From the IMG/VR virus record IMGVR_UViG_3300013121_000046: DNA of 64,000 nt, one strand, 5' to 3'. Under the pieces are notes generated by a model. The model was not told the origin of the DNA, did not search any database, and saw only the letters and a list, made by a program, of their open reading frames with translations. The translations under genes and the position numbers were made by a program. Below are positions 46,815-55,842 of this stretch, one piece after another (position 1 is the first letter of the stretch; each line of letters opens with the position of its first letter). This stretch comes from a virus. Taxonomy: Duplodnaviria; Caudoviricetes.

Positions 46815-47861
46815 CTAATCACTTGTATACCACATAGGGAGGGGAAACCCTAACTGTAGGCACTTCTTATTGATCGCATCAAACGTTTCTCGAAGTTTTT
46901 GAAGTTCGTAAGGACTGTACGTAGATAACTTCTTCGCCCTCCTACCGGGCCTAATCAAGACTAAGGCTAAAGCCTTTTTCAAAGTACTAAAACTAAGCTG
47001 TAACGGTAGCCCTGATTTAGGCCCCCAATATCTAGCCCCAGTCTTTAGGTGCCTAACCTTAAGCTGTGACAATAAATACTCTATGTACTTTTCTAGCGTA
47101 TAATCAGGTTCATCCTCAGATGCTGAGTAATGTCTCAAGCATTTCTCAGTGGCTTGCTTCTGAATCTCTGGCCAAACCTCATCTCTAAAATACTCATCTT
47201 CAGCCTCTCCCACTTTATCCATAGCATAATCCTCAAGTTCCTCGGCATTTTTCTCTCTATATTTTTCCCAAAGACGATCCTCAAGCTCATCTGTAAGGTC
47301 TTGAACATATCTTCCTGACCTTCTCCATATCTCACGCAAAGCCCTTCGCCAATCGCTCTCAAAATCTTTTAAGGCTTGTTCCTGATTTACAATCTCAAAA
47401 TCATAGTTACCAAGAAAAAACCTCTCCTCTAGATCTTGAACATACTTTTGATATTCCTGAGTTTTCGGTAACGCATCTAAAAAAGCATCAGAAGGAGATA
47501 GATCACGAGAAAAACTATCCAGGTTTTCGCCCAAAAAATCTTCCACCCACCCCCGATTTTTAGCCACCCAACCCAAGGTTAAAAACATCTCATTACCAGC
47601 ATTAATCCCATATTTTTTAGGCAATAAAGCCGCCACAAAACCTAAAGATATCCCCAAGTAACTCCCATGACCCTCCCGAGGATATATTTCGTACTGGGAG
47701 CGAGTATCCCAGTATATCCCTTTAGTAAAGGGAGTATCACTAAAAAGGGGATCGGTAGGTATAGACATCTTAGTAAAAAAATCAAAATCACTCAAAGACA
47801 TATCCCAATACACAATTTCTGGGTTTAAGACCGAGCCCTGAAATTGTGTATTTGGCGGCAT
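46815..47861 (-). CDS. Acidic hypothetical protein, paralog family member 3
   Basis: PEIVYWDM..DF, P.F.D.PF, D/E-rich helical core, C-terminal C...G. Confidence 0.65.
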   Translation of the reverse strand: MPPNTQFQGSVLNPEIVYWDMSLSDFDFFTKMSIPTDPLFSDTPFTKGIYWDTRSQYEIYPREGHGSYLGISLGFVAALLPKKYGINAGNEMFLTLGWVAKNRGWVEDFLGENLDSFSRDLSPSDAFLDALPKTQEYQKYVQDLEERFFLGNYDFEIVNQEQALKDFESDWRRALREIWRRSGRYVQDLTDELEDRLWEKYREKNAEELEDYAMDKVGEAEDEYFRDEVWPEIQKQATEKCLRHYSASEDEPDYTLEKYIEYLLSQLKVRHLKTGARYWGPKSGLPLQLSFSTLKKALALVLIRPGRRAKKLSTYSPYELQKLRETFDAINKKCLQLGFPLPMWYTSD

Positions 47862-47883
47862 GACTTGACCTTAATAAAATTAC

Positions 47884-47927
47884 AAAAAATTAGGGTCTAA
47901 GCCTTTCCAGACTTAAACCCTAATTTT
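47884..47927. terminator. Rho-independent terminator
   Basis: AAAATTAGGGT.TAAG/CTTA.ACCCTAATTTT inverted repeat. Confidence 0.7.
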
Positions 47928-47981
47928 AGTTACCATCAGATAAAGTAAGAATCAAATCCGCTATTCTCCAAGTACATCGAG

Positions 47982-48272
47982 TCAATTAGAAGCCTCTAAG
48001 GCTGACTCAGCTTCTCGCAGAATCCTGTCACAATCTGATAGAGCAGCTTCATAAGCGGCTACCTGTTCAGCCAGGGATTTCTCCTCATCCGCTACATCCT
48101 TTTCCAAGGTTTCCTGGGATGTACCTAACTCGGCCATTTCCCCAACTAAGGACTTAAGCTCAGCCTCTACCTGCTCGAACTTAACATCCAGCCGAGCTTT
48201 TCTAGTGATTAGCTCCTCCCTATTTTGATTCAACTTCCTAATTTTCTCTGCATAATCTGCTTCCGACGGCAT
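47982..48272 (-). CDS. Small coiled-coil protein (possible SbcC coiled-coil piece)
   Basis: Continuous heptads with central ELG...L; type often found next to phage SbcC C-halves. Confidence 0.55.
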   Translation of the reverse strand: MPSEADYAEKIRKLNQNREELITRKARLDVKFEQVEAELKSLVGEMAELGTSQETLEKDVADEEKSLAEQVAAYEAALSDCDRILREAESALEASN

Positions 48273-48282
48273 GTAGTTTCCC

Positions 48283-49074
48283 CTAAAAGTTTAAGTACAA
48301 AACCTCAACACACTTCCTCTTTGTACTCGCTGTAGCCGAATGCAAGGGCACTTCTTTTTGCACCACTCTCCAACTACTATACAACCTAGCGTAAAGCTCA
48401 CTGGGATACCCGCTAAGTACCACTTTACCTATTATTTTTGTATTAAGCACCTCAGCTAACTCTTGATGCTCCTCCTCAGTCATCCCCTGCAAATACACAT
48501 CTGAATTCTTAACAGTTGAGGGTAGATACGGGGGGTCCAAGTAAAAAAGGGTGTCTGCTGTATCCCACTCTGTAAGAATACTCAAGGCGGAGCGATTCAG
48601 AATTTGGACCTGCCTGAACCTTTGAATTATCCTAGGAAGATTCTCATCTATTGATGACAGATACCCCGAGACAACATCAGCCATTCCCCTACGAGATCGG
48701 CGAGTAGATACGGCAAAGGACTCCTGCTGACCCCCTCTAGACTGCCTAACTCGCACATAGAAATCTACAGCCTGCTGTATCGGATCACCAAAACCAGGTT
48801 CAGAGCTTTGAAAAAGACTCTCAGAATATGGAGTCAAAGCCAAGTTTCTAGAGAACTCTTCGCCTCGATCCCGCACAACCGTAAATAAATTCACTAAACG
48901 ATTATCCATGTCATTGTAGACCTCTACCTCTACCGGCTGTTTTTGCGACAGGCAACTAGCTGCACCGCCATAAGGCTCCACATAAATCTTATGCTTTGGG
49001 AAATGAGAAATGATCCATTTTGCGGTATAATACTTCCCCCCATGCCATCGTATAAGAGGCCGGATCTTAGCCAT
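48283..49074 (-). CDS. Dam-like (D12 class) DNA adenine methyltransferase
   Basis: W.GGK, YVEPYGG, EVYND, FYLDPPY, LSGY, EVL..NF. Confidence 0.93.
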   Translation of the reverse strand: MAKIRPLIRWHGGKYYTAKWIISHFPKHKIYVEPYGGAASCLSQKQPVEVEVYNDMDNRLVNLFTVVRDRGEEFSRNLALTPYSESLFQSSEPGFGDPIQQAVDFYVRVRQSRGGQQESFAVSTRRSRRGMADVVSGYLSSIDENLPRIIQRFRQVQILNRSALSILTEWDTADTLFYLDPPYLPSTVKNSDVYLQGMTEEEHQELAEVLNTKIIGKVVLSGYPSELYARLYSSWRVVQKEVPLHSATASTKRKCVEVLYLNF

Positions 49075-49094
49075 TAAAATAGGCTCCTAAAAAG

Positions 49095-49131
49095 AAAAGC
49101 CTCGCAGAACTTTACCGGTTCTGCGAGGCTT
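49095..49131 (-). terminator. Rho-independent terminator
   Basis: AGCCTCGCAGAAC/GTTCTGCGAGGCT stem plus T-tract. Confidence 0.85.
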
Positions 49132-49251
49132 CATATAGGAACGGATGGACCAAGAAGGCATTCCTAGGAACCTATCAAGATCCTCCGATACAATGTTTGC
49201 TGAGAGATCGGCTGGGGCGAAGCACATATCTCTCAGCTAATGATGTATCCC
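49095..49251 (-). ncRNA. Candidate structured small RNA
   Basis: Two long hairpins followed by a terminator, downstream of tRNA-fMet. Confidence 0.4.
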
Positions 49252-49307
49252 ACAAAAATTTTACTCTCTGTAAGATACACCCAACCACGAGCAAGCTTCT
49301 TCACAAG

Positions 49308-49380
49308 TGGCAGGGATGGGACTCGAACCCATGACCTCCGGGGTATGAACCCGACGAGCTACCAACTGCTCCACCCTGCT
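49308..49380 (-). tRNA. tRNA-fMet (CAT), initiator type
   Basis: Cloverleaf; A1.C72 mismatch, three G-C pairs at the base of the anticodon stem, TTCGAGT T-loop; CCA not encoded. Confidence 0.9.
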
Positions 49381-49431
49381 TCATTGATAGGAAGAAGAGC
49401 CTTCCTTGGCCCCCCTTCCTTACTCTACCCT

Positions 49432-49445
49432 AGTATACCCAAAAA
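49432..49445 (-). promoter_or_regulatory. Conserved phage promoter motif (TTTTTGGGTATACT)
   Basis: Repeated motif ~50 nt upstream of tRNA-fMet. Confidence 0.65.
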
Positions 49446-49487
49446 CTCCGCCAGTCGAGGAAAAATTTTTCTCCCTGAGCAATATCC

Positions 49488-50189
49488 TTACTCAGATAGG
49501 ATTAAATTCCTACTCGTAAGGTCTTCCACACTAAAAATATCTTTCCAGGGTGCCCCTTCAAGTCTCAACTGCATCTCTAACAATAAAAAAGCATCCACAA
49601 TAGGGTCTATTTGGGGACAAATATTATCCTGAGCATACTTTACAGCAGAGAGTATATTTAACCCCAATATATTTCGTATCGAAAACTCTGTTTCCTCCTT
49701 AATATTAGATATTAGATTCTGGACACTCTCTCTAATCCTAGAAAAATCTGAAACCCCGTAGTTCTCTACCCCTATCTGATAGTATAGCCTACCGAGGATA
49801 AAACCGCTTACTCTAAACTCTAGTTCAGGAAAAAGTAACTCCCTAGCTACCTTAAAAATCTTAGGCAATTCAAATCGAGGATTAAAAACCCCCGTTATTC
49901 CACAATACTCACCTAACTCCCCCACAGAATTCTCCAAAAGATGCAAATAAGTGGTTACTCTCTCAAGAACCGCTTCATGGCGATAACCAAAAAGCTCTGG
50001 GGTTTCAAAAAAAGTATGCCTATAATTAAACTCCCCTAAGACTTCTTTGTGAATACTGCGATATTCCTTTGACTTAAGGGCTCGCATCCTAATAAGGTCA
50101 CTCAGCATCAGAACTATCCTAATAAAATAGATCATTACCCCAAGGATTTCCCCAAGTCTCATACTCAGCCAAAATTTTTTCGTGTTCAT
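49488..50189 (-). CDS. Hypothetical protein
   Basis: ORF in operon; start uncertain. Confidence 0.55.
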   Translation of the reverse strand: MNTKKFWLSMRLGEILGVMIYFIRIVLMLSDLIRMRALKSKEYRSIHKEVLGEFNYRHTFFETPELFGYRHEAVLERVTTYLHLLENSVGELGEYCGITGVFNPRFELPKIFKVARELLFPELEFRVSGFILGRLYYQIGVENYGVSDFSRIRESVQNLISNIKEETEFSIRNILGLNILSAVKYAQDNICPQIDPIVDAFLLLEMQLRLEGAPWKDIFSVEDLTSRNLILSE

Positions 50190-50463
50190 CTATCAGAACA
50201 CGCAGTCCTGCCACGGATACTCCCCCTAAATTCAGCCGTTTAACATTTCCCTCTAGTATCTTCATAGAGTCCTCAGCCAACCCCATGTTAAGTTTGCGCT
50301 CACCCTCTACTAAAAACAACCAGTCTACAAAGATTTCCTCCCAAGTCATTGACTCGGATTGAGGTAAATTAAGGTATTTTTCTCTATTGGACAAAACGTA
50401 CTTAAAAAATTCAAGCAATCTCTGGCTATGTAATTTCCTTTCCGCTGTAGTCATTTCCTTCAT
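50119..50463 (-). CDS. Hypothetical protein
   Basis: ORF overlapping neighbours. Confidence 0.55.
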   Translation of the reverse strand: MKEMTTAERKLHSQRLLEFFKYVLSNREKYLNLPQSESMTWEEIFVDWLFLVEGERKLNMGLAEDSMKILEGNVKRLNLGGVSVAGLRVLIDEHEKILAEYETWGNPWGNDLFY

Positions 50464-51037
50464 TTTTCTTAAAAACTCCCACTTTACTTCCCAACCTGCC
50501 CACTAAAAAAACATCCCCTCTCAGGGATATACCCTGAAAAACAGGCTCTCTCTGTTCATCCGGGTTAGGCCAATCTATAATCAAAATCCCACCCGGAGCC
50601 AGCAGACCCACCAAACCCTCTACAGCTAATGTATGAATTGCTTTTCGAGGTTGGGGTCTCTTTGGAATTCCAGTGGCGTGCTTCCAAGCCCAATCATTGT
50701 GTATCCAACCGAGAGCAGTAACAATACCGTAGTTTTCATCACAGTCAATTACATACTCCAAAAGGTCTGAGCATATAAAATTATCTAATTGAGTACGTTG
50801 TCGAGCCAACTCAATATGTCCCGGCTCAATATCCAAACCCCATAATTTTTCTCGCGGATATCCCGCCTGAGATAGTCTTAACAATAATTCCCCATTACCA
50901 CAGCCAGTATCCAATAGCCGGGGAAAGCCCCTCTTTGCAGAAGTCACCTCACCTAAAATATATTCTGACGCTAGGACTACCTCTTGCCTGAGATAGCCTG
51001 AGTCTGAGTATATTTGATTCACTGGAAAATCAGACAT
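50426..51037 (-). CDS. Class I SAM-dependent methyltransferase
   Basis: LLDTGCGNG, GLDI, L.PGG.LI. Confidence 0.85.
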   Translation of the reverse strand: MSDFPVNQIYSDSGYLRQEVVLASEYILGEVTSAKRGFPRLLDTGCGNGELLLRLSQAGYPREKLWGLDIEPGHIELARQRTQLDNFICSDLLEYVIDCDENYGIVTALGWIHNDWAWKHATGIPKRPQPRKAIHTLAVEGLVGLLAPGGILIIDWPNPDEQREPVFQGISLRGDVFLVGRLGSKVGVFKKNEGNDYSGKEIT

Positions 51038-51039
51038 AC

Positions 51040-52896
51040 TTACTCTGTACTAGGAGGCACAGAATCAAATCGAACTGTCCATGTATCCCCAGCCTTAGGG
51101 GGAAGGGTAATCTCAAAGGTAACCTTAATCCGAGGGTCTTCTGTAGGCACCGTAGGCGGAGGTGACGGAATAGGAGGGGGAGAGACAATAGGCGGAGGTG
51201 ACGGAATAGGAGGAGGAGAGACAATAGGCGGAGGTGACGGAATAGGCGGAGGAGAGACAATCGGCGGAGGTGACGGAATAGGAGGTGGGGGTGACACAAT
51301 CGGAGGGGTCGTAGTGAAAGCCGCCGAAACCGTCACATCCCCATTAGGCACAGTTAAACTTAGGTAGTTCCCGTAAACGTTCTGCTCCCCCTCTGGAACC
51401 CCGGAGACTTGCCAACTCTGTAGATAGTAGCCGGCTTGCGGAACCGCCTTAAACACAGCTAAAGAGCCTACCGTAAATTTAGCCGTCGGAGGCCAAAGAA
51501 CTTCAAAGGGACCCGAACGAGTTTGGTTATTCACATCCCAACCAGGAACCAAACCACTATGGTCACAAGCAATTGCCCCCTGAGAAACTGTTGGTTGTGT
51601 AACATTTATAGTAACACGAGGAACAATATTCTCCTTTATCAAGAGATTAGACATTTTAACAAAGTTAGCCGCTTCACTCGTAGCTTCTGGTAAAAAAAAC
51701 TCCCCAGGATACTCATAAGGACCCCGCAACCCTAACCCCCCGGTAAAGGTAGAGACTTCCTGCACTGTGCGAATCGTAGTTGTATCCCTAGGGAAAGCCC
51801 CCGCCTTCTCCAAGACAGCACTATAAGCCTCAGCAACGGACAACTCCGGGGTGATCGGTACCGAAGACATAGGATACGGGGTTGGAGTGGTCACTAAGGT
51901 TCTGTTAGACCTAGTGAAACCCAACGCTAAGATAGCAGCCCTGTCTTCTCCCGGCGATGGCGGTTGAACTACATTTATACCAGTACTTGGTTCAAATACA
52001 GTTGGCGGCACATAATAAGCGTTGTTCTCAAAATAAGTTGGAACAGCCGGTAGAGCATACCAAATAGTAAAACCCTGTCTAGGATCCTTTGAGGGACCTG
52101 ATTTCCAAGTATTCAATGAGCAATTAAACTTCTCTGTGATCGGGGCTGATCCCCAGTACTGAGCACAATTATAAAGCACATTCCCTACCATCTCCACAGC
52201 TTTACAAGTGCCAAACTCAGGAAAACGCTTAATGTGATTCGCGATCAAATTGTGGTGAAACGAGAAAGACCCATTGGGACAGTACGCAATTAGTGCTCCG
52301 TAGTTATGGTCACCCTCATTATGCTGGGCTCCCCCCTGTCCATATTTAGCTGACTCCTCGACTGTACACCACTGAATGGTCCCATTATCACTATAACCGC
52401 CTACATCAAAACTCTCATCAACACTGCCTGTAAAACTACAATGGTCCACGATAAAACGATCAACACCGTAAATAACTAGCAGATCACCGTTCGTAGCATC
52501 TGATCCGAAAGTAGGAGATATGGTATGTAAACCTCGAAACTTCAGGTTTCTGACCACAATATCCGTAACCGGAATTCGAGTTGATAAGTTTGAATCATAC
52601 TCTGCAACCCACAGTGAACCGCAGATTGTGATCGCACCTGGACTAGTGTGACCTATAATACTGGTCCCACTCGCTTTCGCTCTCGGTACTCGGATAGGTG
52701 CCCTGAGCGCGATAGTACCAGAAACATCAAAATATATCTGCTTAGGACCCGCCTGATTCAAAGCCCACCGCAACTGTCCTGGCACCAAAGCGGTCGGAGA
52801 ACTATCGTTCCCATCCCCAAGAGAGGTGACCCGAATAATCGGACCCCCAACAACCGCCGTAGCACCAAAACCTTCAGCACCGGGGAAAGCTGGCAT
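51040..52896 (-). CDS. Pectate-lyase-like (PL1-type beta-helix) protein with Ig-like repeat and Pro-rich tail
   Basis: PAFPGAEGFG, VT.L.D, F.VSGTI, IVDHCSF...DE, T.QW, HHNL.A....R.P, AGA.PRD; C-terminal A.P..GY....W repeat domain. Confidence 0.85.
   Translation of the reverse strand: MPAFPGAEGFGATAVVGGPIIRVTSLGDGNDSSPTALVPGQLRWALNQAGPKQIYFDVSGTIALRAPIRVPRAKASGTSIIGHTSPGAITICGSLWVAEYDSNLSTRIPVTDIVVRNLKFRGLHTISPTFGSDATNGDLLVIYGVDRFIVDHCSFTGSVDESFDVGGYSDNGTIQWCTVEESAKYGQGGAQHNEGDHNYGALIAYCPNGSFSFHHNLIANHIKRFPEFGTCKAVEMVGNVLYNCAQYWGSAPITEKFNCSLNTWKSGPSKDPRQGFTIWYALPAVPTYFENNAYYVPPTVFEPSTGINVVQPPSPGEDRAAILALGFTRSNRTLVTTPTPYPMSSVPITPELSVAEAYSAVLEKAGAFPRDTTTIRTVQEVSTFTGGLGLRGPYEYPGEFFLPEATSEAANFVKMSNLLIKENIVPRVTINVTQPTVSQGAIACDHSGLVPGWDVNNQTRSGPFEVLWPPTAKFTVGSLAVFKAVPQAGYYLQSWQVSGVPEGEQNVYGNYLSLTVPNGDVTVSAAFTTTPPIVSPPPPIPSPPPIVSPPPIPSPPPIVSPPPIPSPPPIVSPPPIPSPPPTVPTEDPRIKVTFEITLPPKAGDTWTVRFDSVPPSTE
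51153..51308. repeat. Coding tandem repeat, ~4 x 36 bp (PPPIVSPPPIPS)
   Basis: Directly visible units. Confidence 0.92.
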
Positions 52897-52994
52897 CTTT
52901 TCACCTGTTTTTTAGACTTATATCATACATAAAATTAGTTTCAGCAAACTCTATATCCGTAGTCAATCAAATCAGCCCCACCTATAGCACTCAG

Positions 52995-53630
52995 TTAGAA
53001 ATAGTGCTCAAATCGCTCAAATGACCCGCACCAAGGGGCCAATAAAATATTCTCCTTAGGATCCCAGTATGGAGTTCTCGTTGTCGCATCCCGGTAACAA
53101 ACAACTAACTTATCTTTAGCCTCAACCTCAATCTCCAATTGGATATCCGCCTCTAAAGAATCAGAGAAACAAAAGATATCCGCCTCCTCAACTCCAAGTA
53201 CCGCCTTATGCACTAACTTGTGCATGGGATGCCCAGTCTCCCCCAAGGGGCCGTGGGTCAGGATGACAGAATCCTTACCAATTTCTTGAGACAACTCAAA
53301 AATCAAAGAATCCAAAGCCTCTGAATACCGGGAGCTAGTCTCAGCAACCTCGTCCCTAAAGTTATTCTGATTTAGAGTCTTAGTCGTAAAGCTAGCCCTT
53401 CCCCCTAGAAGCTCTACCACACTCTCTTGGGCTCGTTTACGATTTTCTATTCGCCTTTTTTCGGCTTCACCATCATCCGTGATGGGATTCTCATCGTCAT
53501 ACCGCACACAATAAAGGCACTTAGTAGGCAGGGATTTGAGATACCTAGCATAGAGCAAACCCCCAGCAAAAATAACCTCATCATCGTGGTGAGCCACCAC
53601 TAAAGTGAGGTTAGGAATATCAGTTAACAT
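52995..53630 (-). CDS. PIG-L/LmbE family N-deacetylase
   Basis: VVAHHDDE...GG and ILTH...GE.GHP.H motifs. Confidence 0.85.
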   Translation of the reverse strand: MLTDIPNLTLVVAHHDDEVIFAGGLLYARYLKSLPTKCLYCVRYDDENPITDDGEAEKRRIENRKRAQESVVELLGGRASFTTKTLNQNNFRDEVAETSSRYSEALDSLIFELSQEIGKDSVILTHGPLGETGHPMHKLVHKAVLGVEEADIFCFSDSLEADIQLEIEVEAKDKLVVCYRDATTRTPYWDPKENILLAPWCGSFERFEHYF

Positions 53631-53661
53631 TAGATAGTCTCTTAAAGAGGCCTCAGATTTC

Positions 53662-53991
53662 TTACCGCTTCCCCCGCCTTCGCCTTTTCCTTACCTTAAA
53701 TCCATTTTTAGGTAAAGGCTTACCCCGTGTATCTTCCTCCCAAAACTCTTCCCTGGCAAAACCTTCTCGTAATAACTCAGACCATTGTCCCGAATTTAAT
53801 ACAATGTAGCTACGGTCCCTTAGAGAATCTCTAAAAAGAACCCTACCTTCCTCTTCAACAAAGACCGCCGACAAGTCAATATGACTCTCTCCCTTTGGAT
53901 CAACAATCTCCCTGGAACACCAGTCATTTATCCCAGTCGCAAAACACCCCCAAATTCCACAGGGGGCATTAGTGAAGTAAGTAATTTCCAA
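53662..53991 (-). CDS. Hypothetical protein
   Basis: TTG start with GGAG RBS; basic C-terminus. Confidence 0.55.
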   Translation of the reverse strand: MEITYFTNAPCGIWGCFATGINDWCSREIVDPKGESHIDLSAVFVEEEGRVLFRDSLRDRSYIVLNSGQWSELLREGFAREEFWEEDTRGKPLPKNGFKVRKRRRRGKR

Positions 53992-54057
53992 GGGGGACTC
54001 CTCCCATAGAGTTTACGGTCTCCCCACTATACGCAGCCTTAGTTCTTCCCCCGAATT

Positions 54058-55431
54058 TTAGAGATACTTACCTACAGATAATTGATTTCCTCTTGCCCAT
54101 CGGTTGAGATGCTGAATCTGTTGTACAGAAAGTGGTTCATTAGCAAAACCCCTCGCTTGAACCACTATTCTATATTCAAGATGAACCTCGATGGTAGCCA
54201 AAGATTTTCCCACACTGTTATCTGCCCTAACTTCCCGCATTGAGAATATCGCTGACCTACCTTTTGAGCAAGAGTGGGCAAAAGAATAAACACAATGGTG
54301 TAATCTCTTCCCTTCATCCTGCAAATCCAGGGATGAGGTTAACTCAAAGATACCTATTCGATCTCCCTTATCGGCGGACTCATAATCTGATAAACTCGAC
54401 TTAGGCCAGACTACGCACGTATTCTCTCTGCCTGTCTCTCGGTATCCCCTCAATAACTCTCTGTGCCACCTCTCTGCCTCTCTGAGAACTGTCTGAGCGG
54501 TTCTGCCCTTCATACTCAGCCCAGGTTGTGGTGGCGGCTGACGAAAACCTCCCACCAACCGAGGCTCAAACTTCTGATTCCACAGCCAATCTAAGATAAC
54601 TATATATTGAGCCGTATCCAGCCAGGGATTTGCAAGAAAAAATCGAATAACTGAGACACAGAAAGCCTCGGTTTGTTCATCCGCAAAGATTAAACCTATA
54701 CGAGTATACTTAATCGAATCTACGAATTGAGAACTTCCCCCCAAAGCCTTAACCCGAGCCCACCGTAATGCTAGGTCTGGTGCATACTCCTTAGGTGCTG
54801 TAAGAAATAGATGCGCTTCTTTCTTACTAATATTCGGAACTTGCGGAGCAGTCCGAATATTACCACCTTGAGCTACATGAAAAAACCAACCCAAATGATC
54901 TTTCCTGGCAGCATACTCCTGCCGATTCCAGGTTTGCCAAGGATAGAATAAGCAATGCGGTGTCTCGTACTTAGCGAATAAATGCCAGACTAATTCCTTC
55001 GCTATCTTCTTAATGTTATGGCTTTTTTTCTTAAAATCTACTATCTCTCGAACCCGTCTCTGCCAATGTGCGGCAACTAAAAGCAGGAAGTCTTGACCTA
55101 GACATCTCTTGGCCTCCAAGAAAAGCCCCATCACCTCTAATCGCTCTATCAAGGATAGAACATCCTGAGCGAAGATATTGTCACCCTTTGGAAGATTTCC
55201 CCTAACCCTCTCTAACTCCATTAAAAGAGATTTCTTTTCCCAAGTGTCTGCCTCACCTGTAGTTAGGACCTCTTTCCAGATGTTGAATACATCTTTTTTT
55301 GAGGCATTACCCTTTAATAGGGGAACCAGGGCTTTTGCCTGAATCTGATCCAATAATCGGGCTCGCTTACGCGATGCTCTCTCTGATGCAATTTTTCCTT
55401 TGCTGGTACTAGCCATCCTACCACACCCCAA
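54058..55431 (-). CDS. PcfJ-like domain protein
   Basis: HLFAKY..P, G.NIR, ALRWA.V.ALGG, SMKGRT, WH, EL.....L..EG..LHHCV.S, TIEV, VQARG..N. Confidence 0.85.
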   Translation of the reverse strand: MGCGRMASTSKGKIASERASRKRARLLDQIQAKALVPLLKGNASKKDVFNIWKEVLTTGEADTWEKKSLLMELERVRGNLPKGDNIFAQDVLSLIERLEVMGLFLEAKRCLGQDFLLLVAAHWQRRVREIVDFKKKSHNIKKIAKELVWHLFAKYETPHCLFYPWQTWNRQEYAARKDHLGWFFHVAQGGNIRTAPQVPNISKKEAHLFLTAPKEYAPDLALRWARVKALGGSSQFVDSIKYTRIGLIFADEQTEAFCVSVIRFFLANPWLDTAQYIVILDWLWNQKFEPRLVGGFRQPPPQPGLSMKGRTAQTVLREAERWHRELLRGYRETGRENTCVVWPKSSLSDYESADKGDRIGIFELTSSLDLQDEGKRLHHCVYSFAHSCSKGRSAIFSMREVRADNSVGKSLATIEVHLEYRIVVQARGFANEPLSVQQIQHLNRWARGNQLSVGKYL

Positions 55432-55521
55432 ACCCTATTCCCCAGATACCCCTTCTACCAGACTACCCGCCGCACTAGAAGAAACCCCAACCCCCCGCAA
55501 CCAAAATACATACCTTGTCTT

Positions 55522-55794
55522 TCACTCAATGCGACTCAACATCGGGTCCGTTGCCCAATAGGTAGCACTACAGTGTGTACACCTTACCGTATCCGGGCGT
55601 GTTACCCATTGACCTATCGAACCTAACCCTTGAACATCCAACTTAGTTGTTACTGCCCTGACAAAATTCTCTCTACCACAAGACTCACAATCCCATACAA
55701 AAGCGTTATGTAGCTCAACAACAGGTCCAGGTAGCATTCCATTAGTCCCCGTATTCTTGAGAATACTCACCTCCATGCAAAAACCCTCCAACAA
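55522..55794 (-). CDS. Zn-ribbon hypothetical protein
   Basis: WDCESCGRENF and CTHC. Confidence 0.65.
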   Translation of the reverse strand: MLEGFCMEVSILKNTGTNGMLPGPVVELHNAFVWDCESCGRENFVRAVTTKLDVQGLGSIGQWVTRPDTVRCTHCSATYWATDPMLSRIE

Positions 55795-55842
55795 TATCAG
55801 CTACTTTTACCTCCTATGGGCTACCCTTGTCAATACCAAAAA

